DNA of 64,000 nucleotides from Neodothiora populina (Eukaryota), in contig NW_027191409.1 of assembly GCF_041146345.1 (NCBI RefSeq), forward strand, positions 310,001 to 374,000, given 5' to 3'. Position numbers and translations under genes: made by a program. Below are positions 24,033 to 34,278 of this stretch, in pieces (the first letter of the stretch is position 1; the number at the start of each line of letters is the position of its first letter). The notes below the pieces were generated by a model that was given only the letters and a program-made list of their open reading frames with translations, was not told the origin of the DNA and did no database searches.

Positions 24033-26030
24033 CTAAGCGGCAACAAGACGGACCCAGCACCCGCGCGCATTAGACAAGACCAAAGTCAGAGTCTGCGGTT
24101 CATCACCACAGCAATTCTCAGAACTGTCCTGTGTAGTCTGGCTGTTGCCATCGCTATCAACAGGCCATATCGTCTCGAACTTTTGCACGATCCGCACAAT
24201 CGCCAATGACGCCTCGAGAAGCGCAAAATCCTCTGCAACGACAAGTCTGTCAGCATGTGCAGCTATAAGCGAAATCCGCGGCGGACAGAGAAGAGCAATA
24301 CTCACGACCAAGACAAGTCCTCGGACCGCCGTTGAAAGGAATATACCCCCACCCAGCCTTTCTACCGAGATTCTCTGTCTCCGTCACGTCCCAGCGCTCA
24401 GGCCGGAAGCTATCTGCGTCTGCGCCGTACAGGTCTTTGCGCCGGTGCATGGCGTACGCGCAGTAGCCGACCGCCTCACCCTTGCGGATCAGGATGGGAG
24501 ATGTGCCGTTGGGTCCGCCGCCGCGGGGGAGGGTCGTTGTGCGCAGGGCGGAGCGCGAGTTCACTGGTACTGAGGGGTAGAGACGGAGGACTATGGATGT
24601 CAGTCAGTCAGTCAGGCCCTTTCGCGAACGGACTGCAAGAGAGTCGAGTGCGGCAAGGATTTGTCGGAGGTTTACTACTTGCCTTCTTTGAGCATGTAGT
24701 GCAGATATGGCATTCGTTTCAGGGCTTCCTGGGTTGCTGCTTTGTCGCCTATCACTTGCGTGATCTCTGAGCGCAGGCGACGATATACTGCTGGGTTGCG
24801 GGCTAACAGGTGACTTTCATTCCGGTCAGCGTATGCGTATCGCTCCAATTTGCCGACGACAGAGTTCCACTCACAATGTCCACGATAGACAACAAGCAGT
24901 CGTATCACGTCCGGCGAGAAGGATATTCAAGCAGGTCGAACGCAGCGCAACCGGGTCCTGAGTTTCCTCCAGTAAGGCGTCAAGGAATACATAATTCAGC
25001 TGTTTGACCGCTTTGCCACTCGCGCGTTCGTTCCTAGCCTCTGTAGCGGCAGCGATCACACAGTCAACAAACGAATGCACCGTCTTGCAAGCATTGCGGA
25101 ACTTTCTGCCACCTATCAGCCAATAGAAGTCTCCCAGCCGACCTCGTTGAGCAAGGAAGTCCTGGGCCACAGTAAAGGCCTCTGCGAACGGGGATACCTG
25201 GTCATCGGCATCCTCGCTCGCTAGAGTGTCAAGTGAGCGTCCAAACAAGAACGACGTGGTGGTGTCGAGCGTGTAGCGGAAGAAGATCTGTTGAAGATCT
25301 ACTGGCGAGTCGTTGGGTATCGCTGTCATCAGGTTGTCTAGATGTTGGTGGAGTTGGTCGACTGTTTTGGCACGGTTGCTCATGAACTGCGGACGCAGCA
25401 TATCACGGGAGTGCTTCCAAGCCAGTCCATCCTGAGTGAAGATGCCGTCGCCTAGCAAGGGAAAGAACGTGGGCCTACGAGAACCGAGTCCAAAATCTAC
25501 AATATGGCATAAGCGAATTGTTGCATCGTGGTCTTCTTCCTCGCGGAATTGTCGAATTTGAACAAGCGAAGGGGCAGACAGAGAGAGATATACGCAAATC
25601 ACTGACCCTTGAATTGCGTTGACAAGATCGCCTCTATATTCTCCGGGTCCACAGTATCTATCCCACGAGCCCCCAACAGGTTCTGTTCGAAAGTCGCTCC
25701 ATGCGTCTCAATCATGCTACCGAAAAATTTCAAGATGTGTCCCGCATTAGCTGCTTGGAATGCTTGCACGATCAAGTCGATGCCGAGAGGCCATTTGGAC
25801 TTTAAGACCGATGGGGGCTCGCATCCATATTGAGAGACTAATCTCGCTTCGATCTTCCATTTGTCAATCACTGTTGAAAACTCAGAGAAGGTGACAAGGT
25901 TGCCCTCTATACATACTGCGCATTGTTGTCGTCTAAGTCGAATGTAGTGTGTAATGGTGAACACCATCACTGTTGCGAGGATGGCGAGGAGCAAAGATTG
26001 GTTAGTCAGCAGCGCGTCCGCCAACTTCAT
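24033..26030 (-). CDS. Cytochrome P450, CYP52 clan (alkane/fatty-acid hydroxylase-like)
   Basis: N-terminal TM anchor; [12 protein letters not shown]-helix LLAGRDTTA; ExxR (LKE|VLRLYP); FRPERW; heme motif [11 protein letters not shown]. Five inferred introns, one of them GC-AG (24682-24591). Confidence 0.9.
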
Positions 26031-26959
26031 CTTGAGCAAGGTAAACTTCTGTATTGTCCTTGTTGCAACGACACAACAGTCGACGTGCCAGTCACTCTAT
26101 AACAACAAAAGATCAAGACCGTTCGCTGTCAGTCACATAAGAACAAGAAGCACTGCAAATCACCCTGCTACCTGAAGTGTATCCAAGGACCTGCAGCAAT
26201 GTTAGATTGCTTTATGCGCAGGCCAATGATAAGCGCCCTTCATGCACTCTTCCCCCGCCTCGGCTGAACAGCATTCTCGGTACAGGACCTATGGCGTATT
26301 GAACATAATCAGGCTACTGGCATCAAGCCATACCCTATGCTGCGAAGGTCCTCTCAAAGCTATCTCTGGCCGAAGTGCCTTTACAATGTGCAATGATTTT
26401 TATAAGACGTGTGATCAAGAAGTTCCGAACAACTGTATGGTTCGACTACAGGTTGATGGTAACGCAACAGAAATGTGGCAGACGAGACATTTCCGGACCC
26501 GGAAGCTGTTCTGCTGGTTGAGACATTCCTTCCGTGTTTGGACCATGAGGACTTGCAAGGTAGTCGAAAATGATCTCCGAGGCGACTTCTGCCCCTTCGT
26601 GTGGCCCTCCTCGACTCGAGGCTGCCTGAGGACGTGTTCTTCAATAACGGACTGGTAAGGGATTGGCCTGTTAATTATAGAAAAGAAAGGCGAACTCGAA
26701 TGTGTGGTAACAATGGGCGCCTCATGTGCCCATATGCATGTAGCTACACATAGCCTCTCATTCGCCGGACCTCAAGCCAAAGACGCAAATCGAGTGGTCT
26801 CTCACATGCAATGCTACGTTGTCCACATCTGAGTTGGATGATGAATGTCAGCTCAAGAAGAGTTCACTGGGTATATAGGAGTTTGCAGAGTGAAATGGCT
26901 TCCACATGTTCTTGCCTTTTCTCCTTTAGACTCATCATAACATTGACGAAGCGCTGAGA

Positions 26960-28211
26960 ATGCAGCGATTAGTCAGAGAGCAATACTCGAACATCGAGAT
27001 GGGACCGATCCCAATTAGCACCGACGCGACTCAAAGTCAGTCAAGCCCAGCGTCTTGAGCTGACTTGGGACTTTTTGGCTGATCCAACTGCACAGTTGAA
27101 GAGCACCATCATGAAAGCCAGATAGACTATCCGCCGTTGTTTGTCCAACACTTTGCCGACCTTCGTCGAGTATGTCGGGAACATACAGTGAAGCAGCTTC
27201 GGCAGCTCGAAGAAGACCTCGATCCTTACCGGCTTCAGCTGGATACTGAGAAGAAGGTGGAACTTGCGAAGAACCTTTTGAGAGACTACGGTATCTGCCT
27301 CCTCTGCAAAATCAATAGCAAGAACAGAATCGTTCTGCGAACCCTGTCAAACCCCTCCACCCCAATTCGCAACATCTTCCGCCATCTCCTCCCTCCCTTT
27401 GCGCTACCCGTTCTTCGAGTCCTTCGTCTAGCTTGCGATCAGATCATACTGCTTTTGTCTGACACAATATACTTCTGAGTACCAGATCAAGATGTGGAAA
27501 GCGAGATTCGACGACTGGTCATCCAAGATCCGGACTATGCAGCAAAGCATGACCTGTCCATCGTTCATTTTGCGTGCGACGAGCCTGGAGCCAAATCACA
27601 GCAATACATGATGTTGAGCAAAGTGCGCGGAGCAAAGAGTAAGATGGTGACCGAGACAGCTGAATCCGCTTCGCAACCTGACGTGAAGCGTGAGATCAAA
27701 AAGTTCGTCCCTCAGGTCACCAACCTCGACATACATATCCAACGACGCAAGCAAGCTTCCGAACGCCTTCCAGGATCCATCGTATACAATGCAAACGGAG
27801 CTGCTAAGCTTCAACCTCGGGTGATTAAGCTTTGGAGGATCTTCCTATGGGCTTCGGGGGTCGCTCTGGTGGTCTACTATGGTGTCGGCATCATCGCGAC
27901 AAACACCAAGTTCTCCCCGATTTTTCAACGTTTCTTCTTCTGGATAGCGATCGTTTGGTCATTGTCCTCGAGTGCGTTGTTGAGCTGGCTGGTGCATGTT
28001 CTCGGTGCGACCAAGAGAGACGTACTGGGTTCGTTTCTGTCGGCACTGGCTCTTTGGCTTGTGGTGATCCAGGTACGTTTGCATGCTTGCCTCAGGCCTC
28101 TCTGTATGGATCAGGCCTGCGAACCTTTCGAGCATACTGACCGCTTTTGATCGATAGATTGGTCAGACACATTTGTTGCAAGAAACACAAGCCGACAAGA
28201 ACTCGAATTAA
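26960..28211 (+). CDS. Hypothetical membrane protein (DUF6594-like layout)
   Basis: Four exons with introns 27036-27095, 27291-27485 and 28073-28157 give a continuous frame. Helical N-terminal region (LRQLEEDL...LLRDY) followed by about three C-terminal TM helices. Family assignment is from memory only. Confidence 0.6.
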
Positions 28212-31200
28212 TGCGGTCGTCAGTAAGGTCTAAGCAGGATGGAACGTGGCACCAAGTACATATGACAAACACAACGGGAGAGTCTTTAGCAATATCATTT
28301 TAGCGCAGAATATAGTAATAGTCAGCTATCGGGCGAACCCTGTCCAATATCATCCACAGAATATACGATTCTCACCTCCCCCATCGTCGTCAACACTTGC
28401 AGGAGTGAGAAAACGCAGAGTAGTCTGCTCTTATATACTTCATCAGTCTCTGCGTACGTGATAGATAACGTCATGAGATACTGAAAGCATACTCTACGGA
28501 GCATAGTACTATGCAATATCCACGTCAGGCAACAACGAGCACCGTAGTAAACACCGCGTACAAGAAGGATAAAGACATAATGTACACTACATCTCCATGA
28601 GACGACTTGTCATATCATGCGAATTATGCTGATATGCAAACGTACCTCACCCTTGCGAACATACTGTCTGTGAATTATGAAGAACAACCACGTCTTCGGA
28701 GAAATAAGAGGAGAAACAACACTGACCCAAGTCCCCACTAATCTCACGACAAACCTATGTGACGAGAATAAAAGTACGTGTACGACCACTGCATAACATC
28801 ACAATATATGCAGACATGTCAATCTTTCCTTTTTTGCTACAGTACTGAATCCACCTAATACTTGTGCCTCAGTACTGTACTGTGCAGTGTGCAGCATATC
28901 ACTATATCACACGGCCGGCCCTGTCGGCCGCCCCGAGTCGAGGGTTGAAATGGCGATATACTTGTCCCCTCATCTAATGGCGGTGGGCTTGTCCGTCCAT
29001 CTCTCTCGGAGCAAGATGTCCGTCCCTCGAAATCTCCACTCCCTGCTTCCCCTTGTGCGTGTGTGTGTGCGTGTGTGATTCTCCTGTATAGCAAGCACAG
29101 CAGCGTGTATAACAGATACCTCCTGCGAGATACAGTAACAGATCTATGTCCGTTCTGTGCTTCTTATCGATTATACATTATTCTACGCGTCTTCGGTCTC
29201 GGTGTTTCAGATGTCGTCTAGAGTTCATTTGGGTCTCTGGTGTTCGGACTTATAGAGACGATGGTGATGGCACAATTAACCATGATTCAACGGGGGAAAA
29301 ATAGGGGGCAAAGCTAGGTGAAATTTGGACTTGGATAAGGAGGATAAGGAGGATTGTTCTTCGGTGCTTCTACTTCGGAAAACGCTTTGATGTTTTTGCT
29401 CTTGGTCGATACCTATCTTGCTTATTCGGTGCCACGGTATCTCGGTTGGTTGCAGTGCCTTTCGTTGTGTGAGAAATGGTCGGGGATATGCACTTCTCTA
29501 TCTGTGTACTCGATTCTCACCGCTCAAGTTACAGTGTAGGTCAGCGGGTCGATAATTCACGTCAGTGCAATGAATGATTGCTTTATACCCGGACAAGCCA
29601 GCACGGGATCTTGAGAGATACTTGAGCCATGCATGAGTAGACGTGAGATCTCGAAAGTGGTATAGACAGGAAAGACGATATAGTGATAATCATGGACAGG
29701 GTCTGCCTCTATTTACATGAATTAGTGCCTGCCAGCCCCTATGCATTGTGACCATTGACTACCACGGTACAGATCAAGAACACATCACAGCAAGATGCAG
29801 ATTTAGAATATGCCAACACCAATGCCAATACCGGGGTTTCATTTACCTCAACCATACCGACTACATACAGTAACAACCTTGGAAGTGCAAGTATATCTCG
29901 CTTGTAACGACAGCCGGTGATCTGATCTACGAAGCCTCGGAGTAGCCAAGGAACCACTTGGCACGCCTGCTGTGCGAATCTCCATGTGGCAGTTTGAGGG
30001 CGAGCGCGCCGTCTGGCACGGCACGACGGGCATGCTAAATAGACACATGCAGATGGCCACATGGCCCTCGTACAAGTACATATATACTTCGATTCAACAC
30101 AAAGGACTTTCGTACCTCATCTCAAAGGGTTAAAGCTACCATTATGACGATATAACGAGTGTACGGTCAATCTTCGCTGCCTTGAATAAGCATGTTGGCA
30201 AACGAATCAAGAAAACTGTAGTCGTCTTGTCATTCCTGCGGAGACCTTGGCCTAATGCGCATCGTACCGCAATATTGAAAGCCTTCCACCAACAAAGTGA
30301 CCTACCATACTATGCGCACAGGAGTAAGACGAGTGGGTCACTCGAGCGGCCACAGGAAACCCCCCAGGAAAACCGTTGCGCGTTCATGCAGAGGAAGACG
30401 TCAGCATGGCAAACCAGCACCGTAAAAATGACCAACCATGGCATGGTATCGCATCGGCGGGGGTTCGCTCCGCCGCCAATGTGGAGAAGGCCATCGAGGC
30501 GCTGTAGTGTGCGCAATGGGCTGTCGGTGATAGTGATGAGGACCCAAATGCGATTGCGAAGATCATGTTCCTCTCTACGGTGCATTGCATCTGTGACCCA
30601 CCTTTGGCCCCAAGTTCTGGCAACATGCGAGCGGTCTCATTGGTAATAGTGAGCTAGTTTTCTTCGCTCGTTCTGGTGTGTCGTTATGTTTTCTGCGGAG
30701 TCGGCAGACGTACAGTATCGATAAAACGTCAGACCCGCGTGTCGTGATTGGCTCAAACGGCTGGGACGTGGCTATGCTGAGGCTAGGCTCTCGCCCAGCG
30801 AGCCGCAAGGTAATCTCCAGCACGGCATTGGCAGAAAGCAAAAAGGCTCCTAACTGGCTAGGGGCAGGAAATGACGGCGTTGGCAAGCGTCGTTTGAAAC
30901 ACCAGAAGCTTTGTCTCACAAAAGGCAATTCTTGCGAATGGCCTTGACAAGTATTGTACATGGTAAAGTGTTGCCTTGGGGCAACCAACTCACCTCACGT
31001 ATGGAGACAGAAGAATAATAGAGCATCCATGTCACTGCAGGATCACGCATCGTGTGCTATTCCAAGCGTGCCACCGCCACAGCCCCAGGACGTTGCTGAG
31101 GGTCCACAGGAAGCGCTTGTCACAAGATGACTGGCAGAGACATCATCGAAAGAGCACCTTGTGCATGAACGCGCGCTCTCGCCTCTCCGGACATGCACGC

Positions 31201-31927
31201 CAGAAAAGCAGACTAAGCGGTATTTGTGCATTAATGGTTATCCGTCAATCGTCACCTCTGCTCTTGCGCACGGCACGCATCTGTGCACGCCATGTGTGGC
31301 ACTGGCTTACAGGTTAATTGCAGGTGGCTTGGCCTGGTACAAGCTCGCGTCGCCGATCATCACATCTGCTCTCTCTGCTCTCTGCCCACTGTCACTGCAC
31401 TGCACCATTCGCGTCTCAAACCCTCTCTTTCTTACCTCTGATCCTTTGCCTTCCAATTACACAATTAACCCTTCCACCTTGGCTTGCCAACTCCTGTCAT
31501 TCATTTGAGCCTCTCCTTCCCTCCTCACCAGTTCTAACTTTAAATTCATTTGCTTTTATTATCTACCGCTTTGTTCCCTACTTTTTTTGTTTTTTTTCTC
31601 CAGCTGGTAATTGAACCCCCTCTTGGTGCCTCGACGCTTCTCAAAAGAGAGACATACCGGTATCATCAACACTTGACTTAGTTCTGGGGAATAGGTAGCC
31701 GCTGCGCAGCCCACCTGCCCCATAGCCTCCATACCCACACCTGTACCCACTCATATATTGTTGGCGTACCACAGAGTGACAGGGCAAAGGCAACGGAGTA
31801 AATCAAGCTTGACACGATTGAACGTCCATTCGGAACTGTCCACTCAAGCATTTCCGGACTTAAACAACAACAACATCATCACAGCTAGAACATTTCTCGA
31901 CACCTTCTCTCAGCACCACCTCACACC

Positions 31928-32956
31928 ATGCGCCGCCCAGTTCTTCTCTTCCTCTTGCTCAACTTGGCGATTGTTGGCTTCCTGCTGCACTCGGTATGGA
32001 CGCTGCTATCGCTGCTGATCGTCGACGGTTCGGCAGATGCAATTTCAAGAGCTGAGCTTCCCGCACCCGGTTCCGACCTCATCGACGGCCGACCGCAAAT
32101 GATCCCCAAGATCATTCACCAGACATACATCAACGACAGCATTCCGCAAGTCTGGCAGGATCCTCAGGCCAGCTGCATTGCTCTGCATCCCGACTGGGAG
32201 TACAAGCTGTGGACGGACAAGAAGTCGCGCGACTTTATCGCTGCGGAATACCCTTGGTTCCTTGAGACTTTCGACAACTACCAATACCCAATCCAGCGCG
32301 CCGATGCCATCCGCTACTTCGTCCTTGCCCACTACGGTGGCATCTACATCGATCTTGACGACGGCTGCAACCGAAGGCTAGATCCTCTTCTGTCCTACCC
32401 TGCCTGGCTGCGCCGCACTGCTCCAACCGGTATCTCCAACGATGCCATGGGCTCGGTACCTCGTCACCCTTTCTTCCTGAGAGTTATTGACTCTCTTCCG
32501 CGATACAACCGCAACTGGGCGCTTCCTTACATCACCGTCATGGCCTCAACCGGACCTCTCTTCTTGAGTGTCATCTGGCGACACTGGACCGAAGAGGGCT
32601 TGAACATCGGCGATGGTGCTGATGGCAGTCGTGTACGCATCCTCTTCCCAGACGAGTACAACAACCACCCCTGGAGCTTCTTCACTCACCATCTTGGAAA
32701 TTCATGGCACGGTGGTGATGTCAAGCTGATCTTCTGGATGTCACGCCACTGGTTCGTACTCACGGTCGCCGGATTCGCCATTGGTGGTTCTGCCATCTTC
32801 TTGGTCTGGTGGTTATACCACAAGATCATGCTATCCAAGACTCCCTTCACCCTCGCCGTGGCAAGAAGGTTACCGAAGGGATGGCGTCGCAGCAGTCTGA
32901 AACGGACAGATGCCTACGAGCTCTTACGACCCAGAGATGAGTCCGAACTTGTGTAG
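31928..32956 (+). CDS. SUR1: Mannosyl-inositolphosphorylceramide synthase (GT32)
   Basis: IPKIIHQT, YPIQRADAIRYFVL, GGIYIDLD (DxD), ISNDAMG, plus N- and C-terminal TM segments. Confidence 0.93.
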   Translation: MRRPVLLFLLLNLAIVGFLLHSVWTLLSLLIVDGSADAISRAELPAPGSDLIDGRPQMIPKIIHQTYINDSIPQVWQDPQASCIALHPDWEYKLWTDKKSRDFIAAEYPWFLETFDNYQYPIQRADAIRYFVLAHYGGIYIDLDDGCNRRLDPLLSYPAWLRRTAPTGISNDAMGSVPRHPFFLRVIDSLPRYNRNWALPYITVMASTGPLFLSVIWRHWTEEGLNIGDGADGSRVRILFPDEYNNHPWSFFTHHLGNSWHGGDVKLIFWMSRHWFVLTVAGFAIGGSAIFLVWWLYHKIMLSKTPFTLAVARRLPKGWRRSSLKRTDAYELLRPRDESELV

Positions 32957-34278
32957 TCATACCAAGCGAAGCGATCATCTCTTTTCCTCACACGGATACG
33001 ACACAGCGCTGCAACAATTGTTGTTCTTTTGTCGCTCGCGCAACAGGCATGGATAAATATGCCGCCCTCTACTCCTCACTTATTTTTCTATCAACACACC
33101 TTTTCAATTCGCTTCGAAACTTGTACCACTTTTATCAACTTTTTCGCGAAGGGAAACGTTCAGCAAGATTCGCCGACTGCTCCTTGCACATTACCAATCC
33201 TCGACTCCTCGAGCGGGATCTCGACCACTTTTTTTCTTCTTGCTTACATTACTCCAAAACACATATAGCGTTGGCGTTGGGCGTGTTCTTATCCATTCTA
33301 GATCACCACTGGGATGTCACAGCATACCAGTAAGCGTGACAGACCAAGGAAGAACAAAGGAATTTCATTTTTTTCTGAGCACCAAAACACGAACGGAAAG
33401 AGGTTGCAAAGAAAACGGGTTGAAAGGGAAAACAGTTTCCTTCATGTTTGGAAATGGAGGGGGGAAATCAAACAAAAACCATGATGAACAGTGGTTCAGT
33501 CGCAAAGTCCCAGAAGATACGATATAGTATGTCAGGTAGCTTTGTGACAGGAAGAAAAACCACGGAAAATAAAGGGAACGACTTTGGAGACAACCGCCGC
33601 TGATACAGAAACCCCGAGAGTTTCTTCTTTTCGAACCTCGGGTGGATTCGAGGTTACCTTTTTTATTTTACTCGAAGCATGACTTTTCTATCCTTTTACT
33701 TATTCATCCAATGAAAGACTTCATATACATGTCTATTATTTCCGTCGTGGATCATTCGGGGTGCTTTGGTTCTTGCCTAGTGGGCAGATGTGACTGGGAA
33801 CATCTGCTTTACCCTACTTGCCTATCACGATTACCATGACATTCCTGACTACAGCCAGTGAGGTTCGGCTGCATCTATTCTTCTGCTTTACATGTTCCAT
33901 TCCGCAGGAAGCCAACATCCAGTGTAGAATCCAGTAGAGGCGAATCCCGAAAAGCCAAGGAAAGTCAGAAGGTAGCTTATGTCGCCAGTGTAGTATGATA
34001 TGATATATCTACTGCCTATACCAAATACATAGTCATCGACCCGTCTCCCGAACAACCGATCACCAAGCCTGATTCCTGGTTGACATTCTTTTTCCTATTC
34101 CTTTTCCTTCTCTTTTTGGTTGTTGTGTTTCCCCCCTCCCCCCTCCCCCCCATGGCGAAGGTTACGTATACAGTACAGTACATTCGCATCCAGAAGCACA
34201 CTTCCGTGTCTTAAGTTAGGCAACGAAGAAGATCAAGCGCCCAAGCAAGCCATCATGCCTCCATTTCCTGTCCTTCTG

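Noticed and set aside
30182..31614. Several 60-150 aa ORFs in the spacer before SUR1
   Set aside because: Mostly non-ATG starts, no recognisable domain or coding-like composition, and they overlap on both strands.
33481..33603. C/D box snoRNA candidate (ATGATGA ... CTGA)
   Set aside because: No terminal stem, and only about 8 nt of possible rRNA complementarity, not adjacent to the D box.
33631..33657. GGTTCGA B-box-like word with a hairpin (minus strand)
   Set aside because: No cloverleaf or A box can be built around it.
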